A stretch of DNA of 58,092 bases, from assembly GCF_000002075.1 (NCBI RefSeq), contig NW_004798057.1, positions 103,712 through 161,803 of the forward strand. Direction: 5' to 3'. The notes below the pieces were generated by a model. The model ran no database searches. It was given only the letters and a program-made list of their open reading frames with translations, and was not told the DNA's origin. The first letter of the stretch is position 1. Each line of letters opens with the position of its first letter. Both the position numbers and the translations under genes were made by a program. This document shows positions 37,050-50,800 of this stretch, piece by piece. Source of the DNA: Aplysia californica (Eukaryota).

Positions 37050-39792
37050 TGTTATTCTATCCTCGTGGTTTTATGCACCTCGTATAATTTAGCAAAATTT
37101 GATCATTTTTTGCATAATTTCTGATTATTTTCATTATCATTCTTTGTTAAAATTAAGAGAATCGTATAATTTCACATTTTTGGGCTCAATTGGCACAATT
37201 TCAAAATTGTTCTTGCATAAAACGATGGGGACAGGTTATTTAGCATAATAAAAAAAATGGTATATAATAAAGGTGTACTACTCCTACAAGTGCTGCAAAT
37301 GCCATCCATCTGACTCATGTGGCCAGATTGAAGTAAAAATGATCTAGGACAGATGAACAATGAAACATGAGGGTCTAGTACATGCATCTGGTTCATAATT
37401 TATCCCCGAGTCTCTGATCTCTCATCAAGTACGGTGACAAAATTCTTACTTATACACATACTTATATAGCAGGCATTTGGTCAGACATGCTTGGCTCAAA
37501 CACCTAAAACTAACTAAAGGCCAGGTTACGCGAGTCGAGTTTTACATGTAATGTAACAATAACAACGATGAATTGGACAAAAATTAGATGATGGTAAAAA
37601 ATTCATGGCGCAGCTTGTCTCTTGGTATCTTGAACTTGAACGGGTGAATCAATGTTCCTTTGGTTTTTCTTGAACCAGAATCAAGAAGAGAAGCCGGTGG
37701 TTGATGGGTGGTCTGTTGTGGTTTTGTTTGCTCCTTCTTTCCAACCAAACAAACATGATCAAGTGGAACCTGGTTTCAACAAACTCGGATTCAACGAAAG
37801 GAGTTCGATTCCCCGATTTTTTTATTCATAAAAATCAATAATAACTGATTCAATGAACACATAAAGATGAGCAGGCTCAGATTCAACAAAGTCGCTTGCT
37901 GGGTGAACAGCTCTATGCTATGCGACCAATCTGTTGCATCCTTCCAAACCAACACGCGCGTTGTTATCGGCATACGTGTGAGTGTGAGTCGTGACATGTC
38001 TCTCCCCGTCGTTTTATGCAATAAAAATTCTGAAATTATGCAAGCTGAGCCCAAAAACGTGAAGTTATGCGATTCTGTAAAAATTTCAACAAAGAAGGAT
38101 AAAAGAAAATAAGAATCAGAAATTATGCAAAAAATGATCAAATTTTGCTAAATTAATTATGCGGGCCGCATAAAACCAAGGGGAAAGGAAATTATATTGC
38201 AATTGTAGGCGGAACACTAGCAGACTGCCCGTGCAGGCCACTGACGATACCGATAAAAATTTCATTTAGATCTACACTTGTACCGGTATTAACTTTTTGA
38301 AAACTACCCTGGCTGGTCGTCAAAATAAATTTTATGGAATAGCATAGCTGTCCCCGCGGTTTTATGAAAAAAAATTTAAAAATTCTGAAATTATGCAAAC
38401 TGAGCCCAAAAATGTGAAATTGTGCAATTCTGTTAATTTTAACAAAGAATGAAAAAGGAAAATAATGAGAAATTATGCAAAAAAAGATCAAATTTTGCTA
38501 AAATATGCAGGGTGCATTAGATCTAAACCCCGGGGACAGGTTTATAAAGGGGTTTATAAAGGAAATTATAGTGCAGGCGGAACACTAGCAGACTGTCTGT
38601 GCGGGCGTAAAAATTGGGCTGCGGACCACCGCTGATAAAAAATTAATTTAGATCTATTAACTTGTTGAAAACTACCTTGGCTGGTCGACAAAATAAATTT
38701 TATGGAATAGCCAGATGAGCCTATCAATATCAGCCCAACAGTGACCGCAGGGTTGGCGGGCATATCTGCAAGGATTTTTTTGTAAGAGAACTCGTGCAAT
38801 ACCGTACAAAGGGGGAATGGGTAGCGGGCGTTTGTAATAGGTGATTGTCCTACTTTTATACACCTGTCCCCGTCGTTTTATGCAAGAAAAATTCTGAAAT
38901 TATGCAAACTGAGCCCAAAAATGTGAAATTATGCGATTCTGTTAATTTTTAAGGGGGTGTAGCTATGGTCTACACCCAAATGCTATAGTTTTTGGTCTAA
39001 ACCTTGCTTTTCTGCATCAAAGGGGGTGACATAGTAGGCCTACAAAAAAAGGTTACCAAGCAAAAACAAGATTTCAGCCATAATCATCTCGAGCCATACA
39101 AAATAAAGGATTAATTCAGCATTTTTAAAACCAATTTTATATTTTGTCAATCATCAACACTCGTCAAGATAGAAGCCTAATATTTGGCATGGCGATTACT
39201 GTTTGTGGGTAGAATAACCTTACAGGGCCAAATTTGAATTTTCTGTACGGACTTGTGAGCCTTACAGTCCTTGTTATGCACTACATTCAGGTCTCCAATA
39301 TTTTAAAATTTTGTAAAATAAAGGCCTAAAACTCAAAATGTGTTCCATAAACAGCAAAAATGCCCCTGTAAGGTTATAGAGAAATGTGTATAAAAGATTG
39401 TGTGCAAATGTGAAACACTTCTGACAGTAACTTTCTGAGATCTACTCAATATAGTGTTGCAACCTGGTCAGATAAACAATTCTGAGAAAACTGCAAAGAG
39501 AAATAATTTTTGGTGAAGATTTTCCTGTATTGCTACCTCTCTCAAATGCGTTTTCCAGCTATTTATAAGTTTGATAAAGGAATTAGGCTTCTAAAGATGG
39601 ATCCTTGATATTGATATCTATTAAGATACTCCAAAATCTGAAAACTGATATTTTTTTCAAAATTTGTACTGATCTGACCAGTGGATCCCCATAACAATTA
39701 ACAAAGAATGATGAAGGAAAATAAATCGGAAATTATGCAAAAAATGATCAAATTTGCACAATTATGCGGGGTGCATAAAACCACGGGGACAG
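37050..39792. mobile_element. Cluster of four ~180-bp MITEs (CTGTCCCCG...CGGGGACAG); the last is split by a ~740-bp insertion
   Basis: Copies at about 37055-37233 (inverted), 37998-38185, 38348-38539 and 38864-38950 + 39696-39792; all carry AAATTATGC repeats. Confidence 0.7.
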
Positions 39793-41129
39793 ATACACTA
39801 CAGGTGCTTGTTTAAACAGGTTTGGCTGTGTTTTAGTTTAGTTTTAGTAAGAGTTTTATGGCACTTGCAACACATTTAAGTCATAAGTGCCGAAGAATAG
39901 ATGTTTTACAAGGGAGTAGCTGTAACAAAACATACACAAAAAAGAAGGAGAGATAAGTTTTTAGTTTTAGTAGGAGTTTTACTGCACTTGCAACACAATA
40001 AGGTCAAAAAAGTGCCGAAGATTAGAGGTGTTTCAAGAGAGTTACAACAAAAAAAGAAGATGGGGAGATAGAGACGATAGATATTTGATAGGAAAGAAGG
40101 AGCAAGCCACACCAGAGCACCCGCCAACCGCCCACGGCTGTGTTTTCATTTATTATTATACTCTGCATGCTTGAATAGTTATAACTGATAATACTAAAAA
40201 TAATTGCTGGCATCTGTGGTGTGGCTGTTAGGTGGGTTACTGCTGCATACAGGAGACCCAAGTTTGATACCTAAGAGGAGAGAAATTTTTATCGAGTATA
40301 TTTGATCTTTCTGCTGGGATATAATATCCCTCTCAGCCCCAGTTGGCCCCAAGACTAATAAGAGTAAGAGTAAAGTGCAATAGTTAAGAGGCTGGGTTGG
40401 ATTTTAGTTTTAGTAGAGCAACTGAATAAGGTCATATGAGTGCCAAGGGGTGTATGTCAACAGGGAAACAGGTTTACTCTGCTCACCTCTCTCGCTTCAA
40501 CAGCACAAAGTCTGCTTTGACTATCAAGGCACCCCGGAAATAGCGGATCACAAGAGCGTGACAAACACACAAAAAAAATAGAGGAAAGTGATATAGTAAG
40601 GATTATGAAAGAAAAAGCAGCAGTTCCCGGTTGTAGTTCAGGCAGTTATGAGCATGACATTGTTGGGTCAGCCCATTTGCAATTCTACTGTGCATTAGAA
40701 TGAGAAATGTCCCCCCTTTGGGAATGGCCTAAAGACACTTCAGTCAGTGAGTGACACCGCCCCGAGGGGTGTGGGTTGGATTTAGAAGCTCGCCTCCTAA
40801 ACGATCTAAATTGTGTTGATAAGGGTGTAAAAATTAAACCTTTAATTACAAGATGACAAGAAGGGGACATAAAAACATGTAGATTTCTTATCCCACCAGT
40901 AAAGGAGTAAGGGGATAGGGGCCCATGGGCCAAAAATCGACACAAGGTTCAAATTCGTATATTTCCAGTAGATGCCATATATTCTTTAACAATAGCCTGT
41001 CTCTTAATCTTATTATTTCAAAGTTATAAATTGTTAAAACTTCACCTATAAGCGTGATGTACGGTATCTATTTCTTTGAGGCTTGAATCCAAGAAGTACA
41101 GTAACTCATTTTGTCAGCTCTCTTCATAA

Positions 41130-41165
<36 letters not shown>

Positions 41166-41508
41166 TTCTATAAGGTCTACTCCTTTTTTAAGTACAGTGT
41201 ACGAGTTTTACCATGCTTGCAACACAATAATCTCGTAAGTGTTAAAGATCAGAGGTGTTACAAAAGTAAAAAAGTAAAAGACACACAAAAAAGGAAAGAA
41301 GGAGCAAACCACACCAGAACACCCGCCAACCCCCACTATTTAGATCTAAAGATAAAAATTATTAATTTGAAAAGAACAACAATGATAAAAGTCAACGTCA
41401 TAAAAAAATATTTAATAACATCTGGGGACAGTCAGCCTTGTTGGCCAGAAATGTCCAGAACAGTGAACACAAAATATGAACAATATCATAATATATTACA
41501 TTTCATAT

Positions 41509-41961
41509 GTGAGGCAGTGTGGTGAAATCAGGCGCTCGTCAAAATAATGAAAGTGAAGAAACTGGTATTTTTCCGCAAGTTTGGGAATGTTTTTATTGAA
41601 TTTTTGTATTTTGGTTCTACACCTTTCATGCCCATTAAACTTAAAGAACACATTTCTGTGTGGAATTTTACTGAAAAACGTTGATTAAAGGCATAGAAGA
41701 TGTAATTTTTAAGTTTCCAAGCACTCTCAAGCATTAAAGGTTATAACTATACTTTGACGGCTATTTTCTCAGTAATTTAACCTCTGAAACCAGGCGACCC
41801 CCACCTCCTTCAATTGCAAATATCTCGACTTGAATCCAAGATAAATGGATATTTTTTTCATAAAAACCAAGGCAAATGGACAAGCTTTAAGATGCTACTA
41901 ACAACTCCACATGCCCAAAAATAGACGAGCGCCTGATTCCACCACGACATCACTGTGTCAC
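41509..41961 (+). mobile_element. ~460-bp MITE, copy 2
   Basis: Same termini and body as 36386-36857; ATAT on both flanks. Confidence 0.78.
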
Positions 41962-43913
41962 ATATAAAACGTCTGTACAACTAAATGAGATTACGTCTGG
42001 ACAGAAGCATCTTCCTAGGTATTTCTGCAGAAAAATGCAACAAAGAGATGAAAATCTTGAGTTTCGAATTGCATCAATGCATACAGTCGACTTTGGACGA
42101 GTTGATGTGATTTCGTCGGGGTGTGAAAAAAGATCAACTCATCCGAAGTTCGACTTAATTAACCGTTGAGATCTGTAAAGAAGAAGAGGAGCGCCTGGGA
42201 CCGGAGGAAAAGATAAATTTCACCGAAGATCAACACAAGTTGAGTCCATTGTATTATAAAATATAAAATTATAGTTTTGTACATGTACATGTGTGTGCGT
42301 GTGTGAGAGAGAGAAGGGGGGCGGGGGAGAAGGGGGGCGGGGAAGAATTGCATGAGAAAAGTCTCCCGGAATAGCCGATTCTGCTATCAACCAAGCAATT
42401 TACTGAGTTGCAATAGATGACAGGCAGTCGGAAGTGGTCGCTTGGAAAGCCACGTTGCTGAGTGCTCTTCCTTTTAATAAATATATAACTATCATCAAAC
42501 AGATTCCATTCCCTATTCCCGACATTTCAAATTGGGCTTTTAGTACAGTGAGTCCGTTTTTCTACCCCTCCCAAACACACACACCCATTCAATGTCTTTG
42601 TATTCAATATATTTCATAACCCCAGTCGGGGAATTCTTCATAAGAAAGTCGATAACACGTTATCGGCCACAGTGACCCCCATCCCCAAGGGAAGTCACCA
42701 AATAATATATCAAATAAATGAGATGATTGTGTACCTCCCTCCCTCCCTTTGCTCAGGGTCACATAAACGCACACTCCATTATAAACACATGCCATGGACC
42801 CCCCCCCCCCCCCCCCCCCCCAGCACTGTGCGTTTAGGCAGAGACTACTGTATGCATGTTATGAGTGTCAGATAGTATTATTATACATGTACAGTATCTT
42901 ATTAAATCTTCCCTACTGGAATGATTTCATATCCACTTCCTCTTCAAATGAAAAAAAAAAGTTTCTTATACTTAAAGACGGTATTGGTACCGCCCTATCT
43001 GTCATTAAACCAGACACATTTTAATTTTATGAACTTGCAAAAGTGTTTTAGTTTTAGTAGAGGTTTTAAGACGCTCGCAACTGCATAAGGTCATATGGGC
43101 GCCAAGGGGTGGATGTCAACAGAGAAGTCCTTACAGGGAATCAGACTTACTCTGCTCACCTCTCTAGCTTGCAACAGCACAAAGTCTGCTTCGACTATCA
43201 AGGCACCCCGGAAATAGAGGGTCACAAGAGAGTGACAAACATAAAAAAGAAGTAGAGGAAAATTGACAATAGTAAGGATTAGGAAAGAAAAAGCAGCAGT
43301 TCCCTGTTGTAGATCAGGCACAGTTATGAGTAGATGAATCAGCCCATTTACAATTCTACAGTGCATGATCGAGAATTGTCCCCCCTTTGGGAATGGCCTA
43401 AAGACACTTCAGTCAGTGGCACCACCCCAGGTGGGCTTGCTGTGCATGTAACAACAGTGCAAACACATGTTAAGTAGAAGTAGAAGGAGTCAGAAAATTA
43501 CATTTTATGACAAGGATTATCCATCAATAATTTCTCAACTAAAAGAAAAAGAAATATCACTTTGGAAAAAGTTCTCCTGACAATATGAAGCAACTCGGGG
43601 CAAAAGAAAAAGTGCCATTTTTCGAAAAACAAAAATGTTTCCATTGGTGAAGAGAGCTGACCAAGGCTTCAACTTCAAGTCTGAGGTTCACAAGCCACAG
43701 TCAACGGAACAGATTATCAATATCATGGACGTTTGTGAAAGGAATTGAGAGTCACAACGCTGAGCCGGTTACAAGCATGCTTCCCGGGAAGCTGAGAATG
43801 TTTCTGAGTCTTCTATGGTCTGCTGGGGTAATAATATAGCGCAAAGAGCTAGCTTTCGAGTGGGGACATGCGCTATACAAAAGCTATTTATTGTTTATTA
43901 TTATCATTAAGTA

Positions 43914-44105
43914 CAGTGCGGCCTCTTTATAACGACATCGTCAGGACCAGAAAAAAATGTCGTTATAGAGAGTTGTGGTTATAGAGAGGCATCCAAAAAT
44001 ATTCCTAATGACATAATATAACAAGGAAAAAATTGGGGCCTGGGCACCATGTCGCTATACAGAGGATGTCGTTATATCGAAGGTCGTTATAGAGAGGCTG
44101 CACCG
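43914..44105. mobile_element. pogo/Tigger-type MITE
   Basis: TA-CAGTGCGGCCTCTTTATAACGAC ... GTCGTTATAGAGAGGCTGCACCG. Confidence 0.72.
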
Positions 44106-44309
44106 TGCAAACACGGTGTAGCGCCTATTGTGCTCACATAGGCTGTGATAGACAAGCCCCTTGTGGCATTTGTCAGGCTGGTCTGAACTTCATCTTGTTT
44201 CCATCTCGCTCGCATCAACCAGAACTTCATACATCTATAGCGTTAGGGTAGACGAGCAATGCAACTTAATGCAAGGCACCCGTTGGACAATCAAAGATCA
44301 GCACCGTCT

Positions 44310-44770
44310 TGCATCCATCAAACTAGCTTAACTATCAGTACAAAGCATCTGTCAGACATAGGTAGATCAGCTCCGCAAGGCATCTGTCAGACTAGCCATA
44401 GACCGGAACCACATGCCACGCACCAGACTAGCAAACACAAGCACCGCCTTGCTTCCGTCAGACTAGTGTAGACCAACACCGCATGACATTGAAAACTTGG
44501 TCAGACACGGTTAGACAAACACCACACACGGCGGCAGTAAGGCTGGCGTACATCAGCACTGCACTGCGCCAGCAGAATAGCGTAGATCAGAACCACACTG
44601 CGTCAGACTGGCGTACATCAGCATTGCACTGCGTCAGCAGACTAGCGTAGATCAGCACTGCCCGGCGTCAGCGACTCAGACTGGGGTAAATCAGCACTGC
44701 GTGGCGTCTGTCAGACTTTGGTAGACTAGCTTAAAATCAGCACTGCACTGGGTCAGACTGGCATAGAGAC
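44310..44770. repeat. Degenerate ~31-37-bp minisatellite directly after the TAF5L stop codon
   Basis: Unit approximately GTCAGACTAGCGTAGATCAGCACTGCACTGC. Confidence 0.75.
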
Positions 44771-44780
44771 CACGACGGAC

Positions 44781-44898
44781 TCACGAGCTGGCGCCGGCCA
44801 CCAGGAGAACGTTGTAGGAGGAGAAGCTGAGGTAGGAGATGAGCGCCGACTTGGTGGGGAACGCGCCCAGCAGCTCCGGGGACGAGTGACCCTCTGCC
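44781..44898 (-). CDS. TAF5L: TAF5L terminal coding exon
   Basis: AEGHSSPELLGAFPTKSALISYLSFSSYNVLLVAGASS*. Confidence 0.9.
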
Positions 44899-47800
44899 CT
44901 GTGAGTGGACCAACGGTGGGGGACATTAGTACTTGGTTAAGTACGGTAATATATGTTTTTTATAGTAGAGGGTTTTATGGCGCTCGCAACTGCATAAGGT
45001 CATATGAGTGCCAAGGGGTGGGAGTCAACAGAGAAGTCTTTACAGGGAATCAGACTTAGACAGCTCACCTCTCTAGCTTCAACAGCACAAGGACTGCTTC
45101 GACTATCAAGGCACCCTGGAAAAAGCGGGTCACAAGAGAGCGATAAACATACAAAAGAAGTAGAAGACAATGACAATAGTAAGGATCAGGAAAGAAAAAG
45201 GAGCAGTTCTCTGTTTTAGATCAGGCACAGTTATGAGAGTGACAGGAATCAGCCCATTTACAATTCTACTATGCTTGAACGAGAAATGTCCCCCCCTTTG
45301 GGATTGGCCTAAAGACACTACAGTCAGTGGCACTGCCCCGGGGGGTAAGTACGGTAAGTGGATGACCGGTGGGAACATTAGCACATAGCAACAGAAACAC
45401 TTGAAACAGTGAGAGCATTAGTATACAGCAGGAACAACTGGGAACATCAGAACATAGGAACAGCAAAAACAATGGGAACATGAGTTCAGAACAACAGAAA
45501 CAGTGAGAATATTAGTACATAACAGGAAAAATTGGGAACATCAGTACTTTAGTATTAGTACATGATAGCCTACCAAGTGGACGAACACAGTGGGAACATG
45601 AGTACATAGCAAAATAAACAGTAGTGGGAACATCAGTAGGCCTACATGACAACAGTCAGGAAAAACTGGGAACAGAAACAGTGAGAGTATAGCAGTGGGA
45701 ACAACAGTACATAGCAAGTGGACGAATAGTGTGTACATCAGTACATAGCAAACAGAGCAGTCGACTCACTGCGGTGTGTACATGGCATTGTTGACGACCC
45801 ACAGACATGCATGCACATACACAGGGACACACACACACACACACAGGCAATTAGTGTGTTCACAGACAGACACATACACACGTTGTCAGCGTGTTCACAG
45901 ACAAACAGAGCACAGTCGACTCACTGAGGCGTGTCTGTGGCTTTGTTGACGTCCCACAGACGCACACAGCAGTCGGCGCCACCCGACGCCAGCACGGAGC
46001 TATTCTCGTCAAAGGCCAGGGCATAGACCGTGTCGCTGTGACCTCGCAGCTCCTTCATGACGCGGCCCGTGCGCAGGTCCCACACGCGCAGACGGCGGTC
46101 CTCACCTGAGAGTCAGTTTCAGTTTTAGTAAGTGTGTTTTACGGCACTTGCAACACAATAAGGTCATATAATATAAGTGCCGAATATTAGAGATGTTACA
46201 AGAGAGTAACAAACACTAAAAAAAAAAGGAGGAGAGATCAGGACGATAGATTATAATAATAGGACAGAAAGAGCAAACCACACCAGAGCACCCACCAACC
46301 ACCCGCTGAGAGTCAAATACATGCGCATGCAAAAAGAAAGACAGAAATAACAGAGGGGAGGATAAGAAACAGGGCCTACAAAAAGCACACTCCAACCCCC
46401 TCCCCTCTTTGAAAATATCCAAATTCGTCTTTAAAGCAAAAACTTTGTTTTCTTGGAAACAACATTCTGTTGTTCGGCTCTCCTGTCAAAACTGCGTCAT
46501 ATATTACTGTACTTTAAAAAAATGACGGCATCCACGCTACACTACCGCCTACACCACCCACCCACACTCACCTGCCGAGGCCAACAGCTTCCCGTCGGGG
46601 GAGAAGGCCAGAGCCAGCACCGAGCCCCGGTGACCTTGTAGCAGACGCACAGAGCGGGCCTCCGTGAGGCTCCAGAAGCGCACGGTCTTGTCTCCCGAGC
46701 CAGAGGCCAGGTAGCTGTTGTTGGGGTGGAACTCCACGCACTGGAAAACAAAAAACAAAATAAAAAACAGAAATAAAAAAATCCAACAAAACAGTAATAC
46801 AAAACAACACAATTAGCATCTCCTTTATCATTCTTTGTCCATCAAGGAAATTGTTAATCTCGCAATCCAAGAACGGAGATATCGGCTGAAAATCGACACA
46901 GAGGTCATTATTTATAGATTTTCAACTGACGCCATTTTCTTCAAGTCAACCGTGTCTTTCACTACTTTCAGTATTCCACACTTACAAATTGTACAAACTC
47001 CACCTATAAAATTGATGTATGAATTTCCATTAGGCTGGAATCCGAGAAGTAACTCATTTTGTCAGCACACCTCCCATATGGTCGCTTTTAAGCACAAGGG
47101 GGCTATCCCGAAAAATGCTATTTTGAGAAAATCGAAGGTAAAGTTTTTGACTCTTATTCAGCTTCTTTAAAAGACAAGGAGAGTTTTCTCTATAACCAAA
47201 CAAATATACACACCAAAGAAACCAAACTTCTCCTATAGGTAGGACAGTGCCCACTTTTGGTGTAGGTCATGATTTCTGGAAACCCCCAAAATCTGGGTTA
47301 GCCCACCTGTCCTTTTAAAAGCGACCATGTATTCGGCCAAGCCGAGGAGACTCACATCTACGTCCATGGTGTGCCCCACGTAGGAGCGCAGCGGGAACGT
47401 CCTCTCCGTGGTCCACAGTTTGGCCGTCGTGTCGTGGGAGCTGCTGGCAAACCACGTGTCTGTTGAGCTGGACACACATAAGGCAGGGGAGAAAAAATAA
47501 CTAATAGTAAAAGTAATTATAGTAATAATAGATAGCATATTATGTATACCGTAATTTCCTGTTGAACAGCAAAAACTCTGTGCGCTTTACTCCAGCAGAC
47601 CTGATAGCATTTTGAAACACTCTCAACTTCCTGGGAAGCTTACACAGTACAGTGCAAGCTGCTATTTATAGGCACAAAAATAGTAAGATACTGACAAGAT
47701 CTTTTGCTGTCTACCGATGGGTGGAAAAAGGGAAAGAAATTTTCACCTACAAGTGGCGCCCATTGCTTGTTCACTCTTATCTGTTCACGCGAAAAAAATT

Positions 47801-50800
47801 CTAGCTCATTTATTAATTTCCCTTCTATTCGCACGAAACTTTGCAACAAGCACAGTGGAGACCCACCTGACACTGACGTCCCAGACAGCTGAACTATGAC
47901 CTTTGTAGAGGCACACGTTGCTCTGGGTGGCCATGTCCCACAACCTCACTGCGGAGAACGTACACACACATAGACAAGGCAAGATTAAACACAATATTTT
48001 TAGGTACCAGAAACTAAATTTTCAAAGTAATTGTATGCCAAATTTATCAGTTCCATTTGAAAGGCCTATATCCACTGAGCATTTTGGTACCATTCTTTAA
48101 CTTCTCAGTCAATTTTTAAGAAAATGGTAGTTGTTTAAAATTTGATCAAATTTGTTAAAGTCAGTCACTGGCTGCAACCCCATGTTTGACAGACAATAAA
48201 AGAGTACCAAGAGCACTAAACATCTCCACATTAACTGAGTACAATCACTATAACAAATATATGGAGCCTAATTTTTTTCAAGACTGTGAGATCAGTACTT
48301 TATCGCCTCAAACACGATGATCTGTCGTTATTTCGACAAAAACACAGAGCGTTGACCCGGCCGGCGCCGCACCGGGCCCCGCGGCGAGCGAGTCGGCTCT
48401 ATACTGTAGTGTACCCCGCGTGCGGGGTCACATGCTTTCTGAGTCTCGCGGAAGGATTGATAAAAAATAATTCCAAGTTGATTACTTTATTTTAATAGGA
48501 AATAAGCTGATCTTTTATTAAATATATTTTATAAGCCGGTATTTTACATAAGTGATCTTTAAACATTTTAACAGTATTTTTAAAAGCTTTTTATTTAAAC
48601 GCCAAAGGCAAAACACATACCACTGGAAAGCCCGTTTTAAGCTCTACAGTTCTCCGCCAATGAAAAGACGGTATTTAATCATTCTTCGTTCCGCGAAGCA
48701 TTTGAATGAACCCGTGTCAATTTTTCAACCGGCCGACCACGCATTCCGACTGCGAGGGGCTTCGCTTTCGTCGGCGATTCTCCAGCTCCTACTAATCGGA
48801 CATATAAACAACTTACACCATTGTAACGAGGAAAAGCGGAACTTTTACAAGGTGTAAGGCATTTGGTGTTTTATAGCGAAAGAGCAAAGAAACAGCGATC
48901 GGAATTACCCCGATTTCACCGATACCACGCGGTCGGAAGGCCGCGAGTGCCCGCGAGGCCGTGTTTACGCTACCTAATATTTTTGTAGTTTTCTATTCGG
49001 TTATTTTTACGGCACTTGCAATACAATTAAATCATATATAAGCGTTGAGCATTAGAGATGTTACATTTACATATGAGTTACAAACACAAAAGAAGGAAAG
49101 ATGAGGACGTTAGATGTTAGTTAAGAAAGAAGGAGCAAGCCACAACAGAGAGAGCACCCACCTAACAAACACACCAATATATTTTAATTTTTTTTTTTTT
49201 TAGATAAACGGGGTAAACATAGCCATGAACATATAATATGGGGAAAAGGGTTACCGTACACATCTAGCTGTAGCTGTAAGTGTTTAATGGCTTCATCGAC
49301 ATAAACTGGATCACTGTCACACTACCTGAACTGAATGTTTATTTGACATTTGNNNNNNNNNNNNNNNNNNNNNNNNNNNNNNNNNNNNNNNNNNNNNNNN
49401 NNNNNNNNNNNNNNNNNNNNNNNNNNNNNNNNNNNNNNNNNNNNNNNNNNNNNNNNNNNNNNNNNNNNNNNNNNNNNNNNNNNNNNNNNNNNNNNNNNNN
49501 NNNNNNNNNNNNNNNNNNNNNNNNNNNNNNNGACCAGAGGAATCCTCGGAGCAGGACAACAGGTGACTATTGGAGTTGTACAGGAAGCGACTTCTGTACA
49601 CGGGGCCTCGGTGACCCACCAGCTTGGCCGTCTCTGTGCTCTGGCCACTTCTGAAACAAAATGCGAACTTACATCATGAAAAACAGTTCAGTTTAGTCTA
49701 GTTTTTCACTCAAGTAGACAGTAGAACATTGACAAGATAAGTAACATTTTGTGCTGTGAAAGTAAAAAAGCATGGGGCAGTGCATGGCGAAAAACACAGG
49801 GGAGAAAGTAAAGAAGTAGGACCTGCCAATGGTGTTCTTTAACTGTCTCAGGAAACACTTTTCAGCTGCCCAGTGAGAGATTTGTTCTATAGGGTAAGGG
49901 TGCAAGCGCTGTGCCAGAACCACAACCTAGAGGACAAGGTGTCCCAATTTCGGGACACACACGCACAAACATGCACACACACGCATATATGCATGCAAAT
50001 GTGCACACCCATTTACACACACACTCTTCCCTCCCACATCCTCTCTTCCACACACATCTGTGCACATAACCATGATAATATAATAGTATGCTAGCACTCA
50101 CAAACGGGCTCACAGTCATGTGTATAATAAAAATAAAAAGTAATCAAAAACAGCAATATAACTTAAAAGCACAGTGAGGCAACGTGGTGAAATCAGGCGC
50201 TCGTCAAAATAATGACAGTGAAGAAAATGGCATTTTTCCGCAGGTTCGGGAATTTTTATCGAATTTTTTTTTTTTTTCAGCTCAATACCTTCCATATCCA
50301 TCAAAGAACACATAAACTAAAGGCATAAATAGTGTAAATTCACTGTTCCCAGAATCTCAAACTAAGGACATAACTAAACTTTGGCGATCACTTTCTAGCT
50401 TGTTTTACCTCTGAGACCAGGGGACCCCCACCTATTTCAATCGCCAAAATCTCAACCTGTATAAAATTTAAGATAAATGGATATTTTTTCCATCGAAAGC
50501 AAGACAAATGAAAAAGCTTTACGGCGATACCAATAACTCAACATGCCCAAAAATAGACAAGCACCTGATTCCACTGCTTTGTGACACATATAATTACGGT
50601 TCCCCAGACCCATTAGAAACGCTGACCTTTTGTTCATCCTCTCCTTGATCTCGTCCTCGCTAAACAGGATGTGGTCCGCCCCTAAGACGATGCGACTGAC
50701 GTCCGTGTCTGCGGGCGCGCGGCGGAACACGTCGGGCTCGAGGTTCCAAATGGAGATGCTGGCGTCCTCGAAACACCCGCTCAGCTTCTTCTTGTCCGGG

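Noticed and set aside
38951-39690. Kolobok transposon call for the insert splitting a MITE
   Set aside because: The insertion is real, but the TIRs are too degenerate and the right TTAA is imperfect, so the superfamily was not assigned.
48340-48972. GC-rich island as an internal promoter
   Set aside because: Imperfect inverted ends suggest a transposon fragment; no associated exon was found.
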